Of a stretch of DNA of 64,000 nt, positions 27,009 to 35,875 are shown piece by piece. The notes under the pieces are model-generated. The model saw only the letters and a program-made list of their open reading frames with translations. It searched no databases and was not told the origin of the DNA. A program made the translations under genes and the position numbers. The stretch comes from an uncultured Dehalococcoidia bacterium. GTDB taxonomy: Bacteria > Chloroflexota > Dehalococcoidia > Lucifugimonadales > UBA3495. Numbering within the stretch: the stretch's first letter is position 1; each line of letters begins with the position of its first letter. The stretch covers positions 11,066 through 75,065 of the forward strand of contig CAYGAY010000007.1 in NCBI GenBank assembly GCA_964347975.1, in the 5' to 3' direction.

Positions 27009-27728
27009 ATGGAAATCATCCCCGCCATCGACCTGCGCGGCGGCAACTGCGTCCGGCTCTACCAGGGCGACTATGAGCGGGAAACGGTCTTCTCCGACAA
27101 CCCCCTGGCGGTAGCCCAACGATGGCAGGAAGAGGGCGGCCAGCGTCTCCACATCGTTGACCTGGACGGCGCCCACTCGGGGAACCCAGCCAACCTGGCC
27201 GCCATCACCGCCATCACCCAACGGCTCGCCATACCCGTCCAGGTCGGCGGCGGCATCCGCAGCGTGGACACGGCCTCCCACCTGTTCGATGCCGGCGCCG
27301 CGCGCATCGTGGTCGGCACCGCCGCCGTCGCCAATCCCGACTTGGTGGAAGAGTTGTGCCGTCGCTTCGGCAGCGAGCGCGTCGTCGTGGCCCTGGACGC
27401 CCGCGATGGCCTGGTAGCCATCCGAGGCTGGACCGAGACTTCCGAAATCACGGCCACGGAGTTGGCCCGGCGCATGGGAGATCTGGGAGTAGTGCGGCTG
27501 CTTTACACCGACATTTCGCGCGACGGCACGCTGGAAGAGCCAAACTACGCGGCGACCGCTCAATTGGTTCGGGACAGCGGATTGCGAGTGCTGTCCGCCG
27601 GCGGCGTGGGCACGGCGGCTCACGTGGCGAAGCTGGTTGCCACGGGCGCCGAAGCGGCCATAATCGGGCGGGCCCTGTACACCGGCGACATAACCGTCGC
27701 CGAGGCCGTGGCGGCCGCTCAATCGTAA
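27009..27728 (+). CDS. hisA: ProFAR isomerase (HisA)
   Basis: MEIIPAIDLRGGNCVRLYQGDY...LHIVDLDGA...GGGIRS. Confidence 0.9.
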   Translation: MEIIPAIDLRGGNCVRLYQGDYERETVFSDNPLAVAQRWQEEGGQRLHIVDLDGAHSGNPANLAAITAITQRLAIPVQVGGGIRSVDTASHLFDAGAARIVVGTAAVANPDLVEELCRRFGSERVVVALDARDGLVAIRGWTETSEITATELARRMGDLGVVRLLYTDISRDGTLEEPNYAATAQLVRDSGLRVLSAGGVGTAAHVAKLVATGAEAAIIGRALYTGDITVAEAVAAAQS

Positions 27729-27761
27729 CCGGCCCGCTAGAACCTGGAGGACGGTTGCCGG

Positions 27762-28412
27762 CTACGCTACCGCGGCGGCTTTGGCGTCCTCGTCATTAAC
27801 TGCTGCGCCCCCGCGGTTTTCCAGGTAACGTTGGCGAAGGGCCAGGCGCGCGTCGGATGTTGCCTCCCAATCGTCGCGGTGGACTTCCATCAGGATGAAG
27901 TCGTGGGACATCCGGCGGAGGCGGCGCACCGGGTTGAAGCCGGAACGCTCAAAGCACTTCTGCGCCCGGTGGTTCCATTCCAGCGTATGCAGATAAACGC
28001 GCTTGAGCCGCAGGTCGTCAAACATATGATGCAGCAGCGTCACCACGGCGTCGTACCCGTACCCACCACTCCAATAGTCCCGGTCGCCGATGACGATGCC
28101 CAGTTCGGCCTGTTTGGAAAGGCTGTCCAGATCGTAGTACATACAGTTGCCAATGAATTTCCCGCCGGCAGCTTCGATGGCGAAATGATGGGAACCCGGG
28201 GTCGGCCAGCGGATCTGGTCCTGGAAAAGTTTCAAGTATCGCTCGTATTTCATCGTCAGCGGATAAGCCGCGTCCAGCCGCGCTATTTCGGGGTCGCTGC
28301 GCCAGATGTAGTCTTTTTCGGCGTCTTCCATGCGCTTGCCGCGCAGCAGCACCCGGACTCCTCGCAGCACCAGGTCCTTTCTCTTGGCCTCGTTGGAGTT
28401 GGCAGTGCTCAT
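27762..28412 (-). CDS. GNAT-family N-acetyltransferase
   Basis: RimJ/RimL-like layout: AELGIVIGDRDYWSGGYGYDAV...VYLHTLEWNHRAQKCFERSGF. Confidence 0.7.
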   Translation of the reverse strand: MSTANSNEAKRKDLVLRGVRVLLRGKRMEDAEKDYIWRSDPEIARLDAAYPLTMKYERYLKLFQDQIRWPTPGSHHFAIEAAGGKFIGNCMYYDLDSLSKQAELGIVIGDRDYWSGGYGYDAVVTLLHHMFDDLRLKRVYLHTLEWNHRAQKCFERSGFNPVRRLRRMSHDFILMEVHRDDWEATSDARLALRQRYLENRGGAAVNDEDAKAAAVA

Positions 28413-28996
28413 ATCCCCCCGCCCTCCCGATAGGTTTCGATCAAGGATCTCGCCGCTTCCAGGACGCTGCGTTCATTATCATATTCGAGAAGTTCCAGCG
28501 CTTCCTCGTAGCGGCGCCACTCCACCACGTCAAACTCAGCGTCGTGGTCGGACGTGCTGCCGTCCAACGGCTCCATCAGGTAGAAATAGACCGTTTTATC
28601 GTAGCGAACGCCATCGTCGTGGCCCACAAAGAAATAGCGGATGCTGGTGATCGGGGCCAATACGTTGACGCGCACTCCGGTCTCTTCCTGGACCTCCCGC
28701 TGCGCGGTTTCCTCAACCGTCTCACCGTGTTCGGGCGTTCCCTTGGGCAAACGCCAGGTGAGCGGGGCATCCTCCCCCTGGTAGCCGGGCCGCGCCCGGG
28801 CGCACAGCAGCGTTTCGATCAACCCGCCGGACTGGCGGAACACCAGACCGCCGGCCGACGCTACCTTGACGTTGGAATAAGGTTCGGATGAGCAGGAATT
28901 GGATGGCCTCCCCGCCGCGCCGGCAGTGAGGCCAAAGGTCATGCCTCCGTCGGCAGCATCCGGTTCATCTTCTGGCGGGAGCGTGTAGTTAGTCAT
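28409..28996 (-). CDS. NUDIX hydrolase
   Basis: Nudix box LPKGTPEHGETVEETAQREVQEETGV. It overlaps the start of the downstream GNAT gene by 4 nt. Confidence 0.85.
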   Translation of the reverse strand: MTNYTLPPEDEPDAADGGMTFGLTAGAAGRPSNSCSSEPYSNVKVASAGGLVFRQSGGLIETLLCARARPGYQGEDAPLTWRLPKGTPEHGETVEETAQREVQEETGVRVNVLAPITSIRYFFVGHDDGVRYDKTVYFYLMEPLDGSTSDHDAEFDVVEWRRYEEALELLEYDNERSVLEAARSLIETYREGGGI

Positions 28997-29053
28997 CAGA
29001 ACGGCAACGGTCGGGGATTACGCCGGCCATTGTAGCTGTCGGGCCGGGACGGG

Positions 29054-29767
29054 TCAAACGGCGGGGTCGATGCCATGCTGCCGCAGACGCGCCTCCAGCT
29101 CCCGGACGCGGGACTCGGCGGTATCCGCGCGCTCCCGTTCCTCGTCCAGATTCAGAAGCCATACCCCAGCCACCGGGTCGTAAAACCGCAGCCGGCCGTT
29201 GTCCCAGCACAGGTCCAGCCCCAGAGCGGGGCTGTGCGTCCATATCATACCGTCGGGTTCCTCGTTTATGGAGAACTCACGGTACTCTCCGTTCACCAGC
29301 TGCTCCCCCACCAGGGGACGTTGGTAGAACTGGCCGCCGGTAGCATCGTAACACCAGTATTCACCGACGCCAATCACGGCGTACAGCGCGCGCTTGTCGG
29401 TTTCGTCATAATGTCCAGTGCTCTCCGAAGCGATTTCCAGCACGAAGTCCGGCGGTTTACCCACCCGCCAGATGATGTAGGAGTTCTCCTCCAGCATGGC
29501 CTCCACGTCCACGCCAAAAGCGACGTAGCAGTCGGGGGACACGAAACGGCGGGGATTATTCATTTCGTAGTAGATGAATGTGTTGCCGTTGACCGCGACG
29601 TGGGGCTGCGTTTTCAGGCGCGCTTCCAGAGTGGAAACAACCTCACGGTACAGGGGGGCTTGATGTTCACCATCTGGCAAGGGCAGACCGTCCGTTTCGG
29701 GATAGAAAATCGTCGGGTCCTCGTCGGGGTGGCGAACCGGCGCCAGGGGTTTCAGTTTGGCAACCAT
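29054..29767 (-). CDS. Uma2-family (DUF820) putative endonuclease with C-terminal coiled-coil tail (paralog of 13722-14462)
   Basis: FVSPDCYVAFGVD...PPDFVLEIASESTGHYDETDKRALYAVIGVGEYWCYD, then the tail ERERADTAESRVRELEARLRQ. Confidence 0.75.
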   Translation of the reverse strand: MVAKLKPLAPVRHPDEDPTIFYPETDGLPLPDGEHQAPLYREVVSTLEARLKTQPHVAVNGNTFIYYEMNNPRRFVSPDCYVAFGVDVEAMLEENSYIIWRVGKPPDFVLEIASESTGHYDETDKRALYAVIGVGEYWCYDATGGQFYQRPLVGEQLVNGEYREFSINEEPDGMIWTHSPALGLDLCWDNGRLRFYDPVAGVWLLNLDEERERADTAESRVRELEARLRQHGIDPAV

Positions 29768-29815
29768 TTTCAGAGGCTCCGTTGTATAGTCGAAAGGGCG
29801 GGGCGAGTATAATTG

Positions 29816-30079
29816 CTAGCCACCCCCAATGGCGGGCACGAAGTGGATCTCCGCGTCTTCTCCCACCCGTTCCAGCAAGCCCATACGGGCTACCTCGCCA
29901 TCGATCGCCACCGCCAGGTTTGAGCGGATTTCTCCATCCTCAGTCAGCCGTCCGGCGATGCCGGGAAACCGCTCGTCCAGCTGCTCGATGACCTGGCGCA
30001 CGTTGCGCGCCGTAACGTCCACTTCCTTGATCCCGCCCGTGCTGGCTTGCAGCATCGTCGGCACGAATACTCTCACCAT
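29816..30079 (-). CDS. MoaD/ThiS-family ubiquitin-like sulfur carrier
   Basis: 87 aa ending in ...HFVPAIGGG (C-terminal Gly-Gly). The start was set to MVRVFVPT. Confidence 0.7.
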   Translation of the reverse strand: MVRVFVPTMLQASTGGIKEVDVTARNVRQVIEQLDERFPGIAGRLTEDGEIRSNLAVAIDGEVARMGLLERVGEDAEIHFVPAIGGG

Positions 30080-30139
30080 ATCCTTGACCCCCTTGTTCAG
30101 GATTGTGGATCCATCATAATGCGCGACCAACTCATTGCG

Positions 30140-30601
30140 TCAGCATACCGTTGGCACAGCGTCGCCGGCAAATATGTCGTTGGCCCGCTGCAACTCGCGA
30201 ATGTAGCAGATTATCTGCTCAACTTGTTCTTCCGATACGCCGGGGACCGGGGGCATATTGCCAAAGTTCCAGTGGTGGGCCGGCACCCCCTGGCTGACGG
30301 CGTTGCGGAAGGTGAAATCGGCGTGATGGCCCGGTTCGTAGATCTCGTGCACCAGGGGCGGCCCCTGATTGGTTCCCGCCGCATTGACGCCGTGGCACAG
30401 GACACACGTGGTGTTGAATGCCTGCTGACCGGCCACCGCCGGCTTCGACAGGGCGGGGACGATGACGTCCGGTTGGCGGTCAGCGTTGTTGGCGGGGCTT
30501 CCGTACTGCGGGGTCTCTGCGCCGGAACAGCCGGCCAACGCCAGGAAAGCAAGCGCCGCGATGATGAACAACGCCTTGGGAAACCGGAATGGCGACGACA
30601 T
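30140..30601 (-). CDS. c-type cytochrome, lipoprotein
   Basis: Lipobox LALAGC, haem motif CVLCH, and a distal Met region NFGNMPPV. Confidence 0.75.
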   Translation of the reverse strand: MSSPFRFPKALFIIAALAFLALAGCSGAETPQYGSPANNADRQPDVIVPALSKPAVAGQQAFNTTCVLCHGVNAAGTNQGPPLVHEIYEPGHHADFTFRNAVSQGVPAHHWNFGNMPPVPGVSEEQVEQIICYIRELQRANDIFAGDAVPTVC

Positions 30602-30605
30602 AGCG

Positions 30606-31121
30606 CTAGTCCTTCACCTTGGCGTACAGAAACTGGTCCACAATCTGACCATCCTTTATGACATTCTTGCGCAGACGCCCTTCGCGCTCATAGCCGGCCT
30701 TTTCCAGCACACGGACGGAAGCCGGGTTAGTTACGTTGACGTAGGCATACAGGCGTATGAGGTTGTACTGGAAGAAAGCGTACTCGGTGAGGGCCTGCAA
30801 TGCCTCGGTGGCGATGCCTCGACCCCAGAACGGCTCGCCCAGCCAGTATCCGATCTCCGCCGAGCGGTAGAAGACGTCGGTTTGCAAGCCCAGGCCGATG
30901 TAGCCAATAGCCTCATCGGCAGAGGCGATGGCGAAATGGACTTCCGGCCACTGCCGGGTGGTCATGCGCAACCAGGAAACGGCGTCTTCCAGTCGATAGG
31001 GGTAAGGAAAGGCGTCGCGCAGGTTCAGCCATACGTTGCGGTTGTTGGCACACTTCGCCAATGCCTCCGCATCCTCGAGGTAGAAGCTGCGTACTTGCCA
31101 TTCGCCGATGTCGATGCGCAT
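30606..31121 (-). CDS. GNAT-family N-acetyltransferase (RimJ/RimL-like), paralog 1
   Basis: MRIDIGEWQVRSFYLEDAEAL...GYWLGEPFWGRGIATEAL...NPASVRVLEKAGYEREG. Highly similar to 31989-32504. Confidence 0.8.
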   Translation of the reverse strand: MRIDIGEWQVRSFYLEDAEALAKCANNRNVWLNLRDAFPYPYRLEDAVSWLRMTTRQWPEVHFAIASADEAIGYIGLGLQTDVFYRSAEIGYWLGEPFWGRGIATEALQALTEYAFFQYNLIRLYAYVNVTNPASVRVLEKAGYEREGRLRKNVIKDGQIVDQFLYAKVKD

Positions 31122-31146
31122 TGATGGTCTCCAACGCCCCGGGGGT

Positions 31147-31593
31147 TCAGTCCTGGCGTTCCCGCATCAGGACGTACACGGCGAAGGCGCGGCGTTCTTG
31201 GGCGGGGACGGTGTGGAAGTCTCTGATTATGTCCTCAGCTTGGGCAACGGAAGCCAGAACTTCCTGCCGGTCAAAACTGGTATCAGGATCATAGTCCGCT
31301 TGGTGGCGATGGCCTTGAGCAGTAACGAAATGGTCGGCCAGAGTTTGAATCGGTAAGGTGAACCGGGGGTTGCGCCGGGCCAGGATGCAACGTTGCCTGG
31401 CGTAGCCGTGTTCCAAAGCACGGTATGTTTGACGCCACGACAGTTGGTCGTGAGAGATCGGGTCATCGCCGACCAGGGTATCGGCGTTGCTTTGGCAAAT
31501 GGCGTGGAACAGCGCGTAATAAACACTGCTGACGGCGCGGCGCAGGTCAGTCTGCGTCGGATTGCCCTCCGCCAATCGCCGGGCGATGTCCAT
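31147..31593 (-). CDS. HEPN-like protein, module 1
   Basis: DLRRAVSSVYYALFHAI near the N-terminus and GHRHQADYDPDTSFDRQEVLASVAQAEDIIRDF near the C-terminus match the YYA.FHA / R..aDY pattern of COG1895-type HEPN proteins. The start is ATG 31593 (7 nt after the upstream stop) or TTG 31611. Paralog of 35346-35828. Confidence 0.6.
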   Translation of the reverse strand: MDIARRLAEGNPTQTDLRRAVSSVYYALFHAICQSNADTLVGDDPISHDQLSWRQTYRALEHGYARQRCILARRNPRFTLPIQTLADHFVTAQGHRHQADYDPDTSFDRQEVLASVAQAEDIIRDFHTVPAQERRAFAVYVLMRERQD

Positions 31594-31600
31594 CAGGTCG

Positions 31601-31933
31601 TCAGAAATCAAGGCCGGCAGCCTTATGGAACCACGCCCAATCGCTTTTTGGAATAAACGAATGGATGGTGTCCTGCGTAATGCCAAACAGCGCGAGGTTC
31701 GGCAGGATGTGCTCCGGAAGTAAGGCCCCCGAATCCCACCGTGGATACAGCAAGTCGTAATCCCCATCGACAACGATGTAGATATTCAGGCGTCGCTTCC
31801 CATTGTAGCCGTCCTCTTCTTGGACCCGGATGGGACCGAATGTCAGTTCACCCTGGTAATGGTCGTCCAGCGTGCGCTGCACAATGTCCGTGATTTGCTG
31901 CTCAAGCGTTTTATCGATGACGCCAAAAGCCAT
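31601..31933 (-). CDS. small protein of unknown function, partner of HEPN-like module 1
   Basis: 110 aa from MAFGVIDKTLEQQ. Shares LNIYIVVDGDYDLLYPRW with LQIRVVYDGDGDLLDPKW in 35013-35336. No GSx10DxD nucleotidyltransferase motif is visible. Confidence 0.5.
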   Translation of the reverse strand: MAFGVIDKTLEQQITDIVQRTLDDHYQGELTFGPIRVQEEDGYNGKRRLNIYIVVDGDYDLLYPRWDSGALLPEHILPNLALFGITQDTIHSFIPKSDWAWFHKAAGLDF

Positions 31934-31988
31934 TGGAACCACCCCGCGCTGAAACTGTCTATCTATATGATAGCGCAAAGAGGCGCGT

Positions 31989-32504
31989 CTAATCGCGCAC
32001 CATCGCATACAGCCACTGGTCTATGGTCTGTTCATCTTTGGTGATGCTCTTCCTCAACCGGCCCTCATATTCGTAACCGACTTTTTCCAACACGCGAGCC
32101 GAAGCCGGATTCCACTCGTACACATAGGCGTAAACACGTGCCAGGCCAAATTGAGCGAAAGCGTAATCGGTGATGGCCTGAAGCGCCAGCGTAGCTATGC
32201 CCCGTCCCCAAAACGGTTCGCCCAACCAATATCCCACCTGCGCCGAGCGTCGGTGGACATCATCGTACAACTCCAGCCCTATTCCACCGATGGCCTCGGT
32301 GTCGGACGCGATGGCGAAAATGGTTTCGTGGTCCTGCTCGCTGGCGAGTCGGATAAAAGCCTCCGCGTCCTCGATGTGGTAGGGAAAGGGGAAACGGTCA
32401 CGCAGATTACGGGACACGTTTCGGTTGTTGGCGTACTTCACCAGGGACGCCGCGTCACCGGGACGGAAGCTCCGCAACTGCCATTCGCCGATGTCGATCC
32501 TCAT
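31989..32504 (-). CDS. GNAT-family N-acetyltransferase (RimJ/RimL-like), paralog 2
   Basis: MRIDIGEWQLRSFRPGDAASL...GYWLGEPFWGRGIATLAL...NPASARVLEKVGYEYEG. Confidence 0.8.
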   Translation of the reverse strand: MRIDIGEWQLRSFRPGDAASLVKYANNRNVSRNLRDRFPFPYHIEDAEAFIRLASEQDHETIFAIASDTEAIGGIGLELYDDVHRRSAQVGYWLGEPFWGRGIATLALQAITDYAFAQFGLARVYAYVYEWNPASARVLEKVGYEYEGRLRKSITKDEQTIDQWLYAMVRD

Positions 32505-32598
32505 TGCCGATACTCCATGGGAGCTATTTCCATTATAAAGGGGGATGCAGCGCCGCATCCCCCTTTAGTATCCCTGTAATTTGCTGAGCGAGCGGCGA

Positions 32599-34872
32599 TC
32601 AACTACCGTTCCACTCCGCTTCCAGCACGTTGCCCGGCGTGATGGGCAGGCTGGTCAATCGCTGCCCCGTCGCCTCGCCCACGGCGTTGGCGATGGCGGC
32701 CAGCGGAGGCACGATGGGCACCTCGCCAACCCCGCGCACACCGTAGGGATGGCCGGGGTTGGCTACCTCTACAATCACCGTGTCGATCATGGGCAGGTCC
32801 AGCGAGGTGGGCATCCGGTAGTCCAGGAAGCTGGAGTTCATCATCTGGCCGTTGTCGCTGAAATAATATTCCTCGTTCAGCGCCCAGCCGATGCCCTGCA
32901 CCGCTCCGCCCTGGATTTGCCCTTCCACGTAGCTGGGATGCACCGCTTTGCCGGCGTCCTGGATGGCGGTGTAGCGCAGGATTTCGGTCTTGCCCGTATC
33001 CGGGTCAACCTCTACGTCCACCAGGTGGACGCCGAAGGAGTTGCCTTCGCCGGTGGGGTCCAGGCTGGCGGTGCCGGTGATGCCGCCGCCGGTGGTGTAG
33101 AGCTGGCGGGCCAGGTCCTTGAAGGTGAAACTGAGCTCCTCCGACCGGTGGCTGATGATGCCGCTATCGTATTCCACCTCTTCAACGGGCACATCCCAGA
33201 TCGACGCGGCCCGTTCCACCAGCTGCGTCTTGACATCCTCCGCGGCCAGGATAGCGGCCCAGCCGGTGGCGAAGGTGGTCCGGCTGCCGCCGGTGACCAT
33301 GGTGTAGCCGATGGAATCGGTGTCCACCACCTGGGGTTTGATGTCCTCGTAGGCGATGCCCAAAGTTTCCGCCGCCTGCTGGGCGATGGAAGCGCGGCTA
33401 CCGCCGATGTCCACGGAACCCTCAATCAGGTTAACCGTACCGTCCGGGTTCACCGTCATGTTGACGCTGGAGTGGAATCCCCGGTTCATCCAGAAGCCGG
33501 CGGCGACGCCCCGGCCCCGGTTAGGCCCGGCCAGCGGCGTCCGGTAGTGGTCGTGGTTGCGGGCGGCTTCCAGGCATTCCACCAGGCCGATTTTCTGGAA
33601 TACCGGGCCTTCCACCTTGCGGGAGCCTTCGGTTACGGCGTTGTTCAGGCGAAACTCCACCGGGTCAACGCCCAGCCGCTGGCACAGCTCGTCCACCACC
33701 TGCTCCACGCCGAAGGCGGCCTGCGGGGAACCGGGGGCGCGGTAGGCGGCGGTCTTGGGCTTGTTGACCACCACGTCGTAGCCTTTCACCGTCCCGTTTT
33801 CCAAATCGTAGCAGGCGAAGGCGCAGGTGGCGCCCTGCATCACTGGCGAGCCGGGATAGGCCCCGGCCTCGAAGGCCAGCTCAATCTCGGCGGCGGTAAT
33901 CTTGCCGGCAGAGTTGGCGCCCATCTTGACGCGCATCCAGCTGCCGGGGGCCGGGCCGCTGCCCTCAAAGACCTCGGTTCGGCTCATCAGAATCTTGACC
34001 GGCGCGCCGGCTTTGCGCGACAGCAACGCGGCCACCGGCTCCAGGTAGAAAGACACCTTGCCGCCGAAGCCGCCGCCGATTTCCATGGGCGTTACGCGCA
34101 CGTCGGACACGTCCACCCGCAGCGCGTCGGCGGTGTTGGCGCGGACGACGAATGCGCCTTGCGTGCTGCACCAGATGTTGATCTGCCCGTCGGCCCGCCA
34201 GTGGGCGGTGGCGTTGTGCGGCTCGATATAGCCCTGGTGCACCGACGCCGTGGTGAACTCGCGCTCTACGATAACGTCGGCTTTGGCGAAACCGGCGGCG
34301 GTGTCGCCCTTCTCGAATTTCATGTAGGCGGCGACGTTGCTGGGCTTTTCGGACATTTCGCCCATGGCCGAGGTGTGCAGGTCGTCGTGCAGCAGCGGCG
34401 CTCCTTCCTGCATGGCGGCGCGCACGTCGATGACTGGCTCCAAAACTTCGTAGTCCACGTCGATGAGGGCCAGGGCCGCCTCGGCGACGTGGGCATTGTC
34501 GGCGGCGACGGCGGCGACGGCGTGGCCGCGATACAGCGCCTTGTCGCTGGCCAGGAAGTTATCGCTGAGGAACTTGAAACGGTTGTAGTCGTTGCCCAGT
34601 TCCCCTTTGCTCATTGACGCGAAGGGCAGGTCGGCGGCGGTCACCACGGCGCGGACGCCGGGCAGCGCCTCCGCGTTGCTGGTATCCACGGACCTGATGC
34701 GGGCGTGGGCGTGGGGGCTGCGCAGGACACGCCCGTGCAGCAGGCCGGTCAGGTTGAGGTCGGCGCCGTACTGGGCGCGGCCGGTCACCTTGTCCACTCC
34801 GTCCGGGCGCACGGGGCGCTTGCCGACTACATCGTACTCAACTTCGGAAAGCACCTGGTTTGATGTGGTCAC
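32599..34872 (-). CDS. xanthine dehydrogenase/CO dehydrogenase-family molybdopterin-binding large subunit
   Basis: 757 aa. VGKRPVRPDGVDKVTGRAQYGAD N-terminus and GGGFGGK motif. Confidence 0.85.
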   Translation of the reverse strand: MTTSNQVLSEVEYDVVGKRPVRPDGVDKVTGRAQYGADLNLTGLLHGRVLRSPHAHARIRSVDTSNAEALPGVRAVVTAADLPFASMSKGELGNDYNRFKFLSDNFLASDKALYRGHAVAAVAADNAHVAEAALALIDVDYEVLEPVIDVRAAMQEGAPLLHDDLHTSAMGEMSEKPSNVAAYMKFEKGDTAAGFAKADVIVEREFTTASVHQGYIEPHNATAHWRADGQINIWCSTQGAFVVRANTADALRVDVSDVRVTPMEIGGGFGGKVSFYLEPVAALLSRKAGAPVKILMSRTEVFEGSGPAPGSWMRVKMGANSAGKITAAEIELAFEAGAYPGSPVMQGATCAFACYDLENGTVKGYDVVVNKPKTAAYRAPGSPQAAFGVEQVVDELCQRLGVDPVEFRLNNAVTEGSRKVEGPVFQKIGLVECLEAARNHDHYRTPLAGPNRGRGVAAGFWMNRGFHSSVNMTVNPDGTVNLIEGSVDIGGSRASIAQQAAETLGIAYEDIKPQVVDTDSIGYTMVTGGSRTTFATGWAAILAAEDVKTQLVERAASIWDVPVEEVEYDSGIISHRSEELSFTFKDLARQLYTTGGGITGTASLDPTGEGNSFGVHLVDVEVDPDTGKTEILRYTAIQDAGKAVHPSYVEGQIQGGAVQGIGWALNEEYYFSDNGQMMNSSFLDYRMPTSLDLPMIDTVIVEVANPGHPYGVRGVGEVPIVPPLAAIANAVGEATGQRLTSLPITPGNVLEAEWNGS

Positions 34873-35012
34873 TTTGGTTCACCTCATAACGGTTTCAGTT
34901 GGCGGGGATTATAGCGTATGTTGGGCAAAGGGCAGATGGCGACGATTTTGACGCGGGCCGGCGGCGGCTGTTAACATTGTTCCAATCGCGTCGCGCAACC
35001 GGAGACCGCATC

Positions 35013-35336
35013 ATGGCTAAATACGATTCCGTCAAGGAGCAGGTGGCGACCATCGTGCGCAGCCACCTCGAGAATAAATTCGGCGACCGGCTCTTGTTCG
35101 ACGAAATATGGGTTACACCCAAGCTGGACGAGTGGGGCGACGAGTACCTGCAAATCAGGGTCGTGTATGATGGCGATGGTGACCTGCTCGACCCCAAGTG
35201 GCTCAATGGCCTTTACCGGAGAATGCGACCGGAGTTCCTTGAGCTGGGAGTAACCAACATCCCGTCACAATCGTACATTGACAAGGCCGAAATCGCCGAG
35301 TGGACGGATGAAGAGAGGGCCAGGCTTTTCCGGTAA
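35013..35336 (+). CDS. small protein of unknown function, partner of HEPN-like module 2
   Basis: GGAG 8 nt before ATG 35013. 107 aa. Homologous by eye to 31601-31933. Confidence 0.5.
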   Translation: MAKYDSVKEQVATIVRSHLENKFGDRLLFDEIWVTPKLDEWGDEYLQIRVVYDGDGDLLDPKWLNGLYRRMRPEFLELGVTNIPSQSYIDKAEIAEWTDEERARLFR

Positions 35337-35345
35337 AACCGCGCC

Positions 35346-35828
35346 ATGAACTGGGAACAATTGATTGCGATTGCCCGGATGCTCGCATCCGCCCCCGGCT
35401 ACGGTGAGCGCCGCGGGCGGCCCCAGCAGATGCAGTTGCGCAAGGCGATCAGCTCCGCGTACTACGCTATGTTCCACGCCCTGGCAATGAGCAACGCAGA
35501 CACGCTGATTGGCGCGTCGCCGCGCTTCCGCGGCCTGCCGGCGTGGACACTGACCTACCGGGCACTGGACCACGGGTTTGCCAGAGGACAAATCAACCGC
35601 GGCCTGGCCGGCTTTGCGGTTGAGATTGAGGAATTCGGCAACACTTTCGTTGACCTGCAAAGCTGGCGTCATTTGGCTGATTATGACCCCACCGCCGAAT
35701 TTACCCGCGCTGATACGCTCCGCCTGATAAACCAAGCCGAGGCGGCAATCATCGCGTTCGAGACTGCTGATGCGACGGAGCGCAAGGTTTTCGCCGCACA
35801 CGTACTGTTTCGACTACGAACTCCATAA
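35346..35828 (+). CDS. HEPN-like protein, module 2
   Basis: QLRKAISSAYYAMFHAL ... LQSWRHLADYDPTAEFTRADTLRLINQAEAAIIAF. It starts 9 nt after the partner gene stop. Confidence 0.6.
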   Translation: MNWEQLIAIARMLASAPGYGERRGRPQQMQLRKAISSAYYAMFHALAMSNADTLIGASPRFRGLPAWTLTYRALDHGFARGQINRGLAGFAVEIEEFGNTFVDLQSWRHLADYDPTAEFTRADTLRLINQAEAAIIAFETADATERKVFAAHVLFRLRTP

Positions 35829-35875
35829 GACCTGTTGAGGCAGCGTTAACCAGCGAGGCTAACGTAGGTGTTTCA

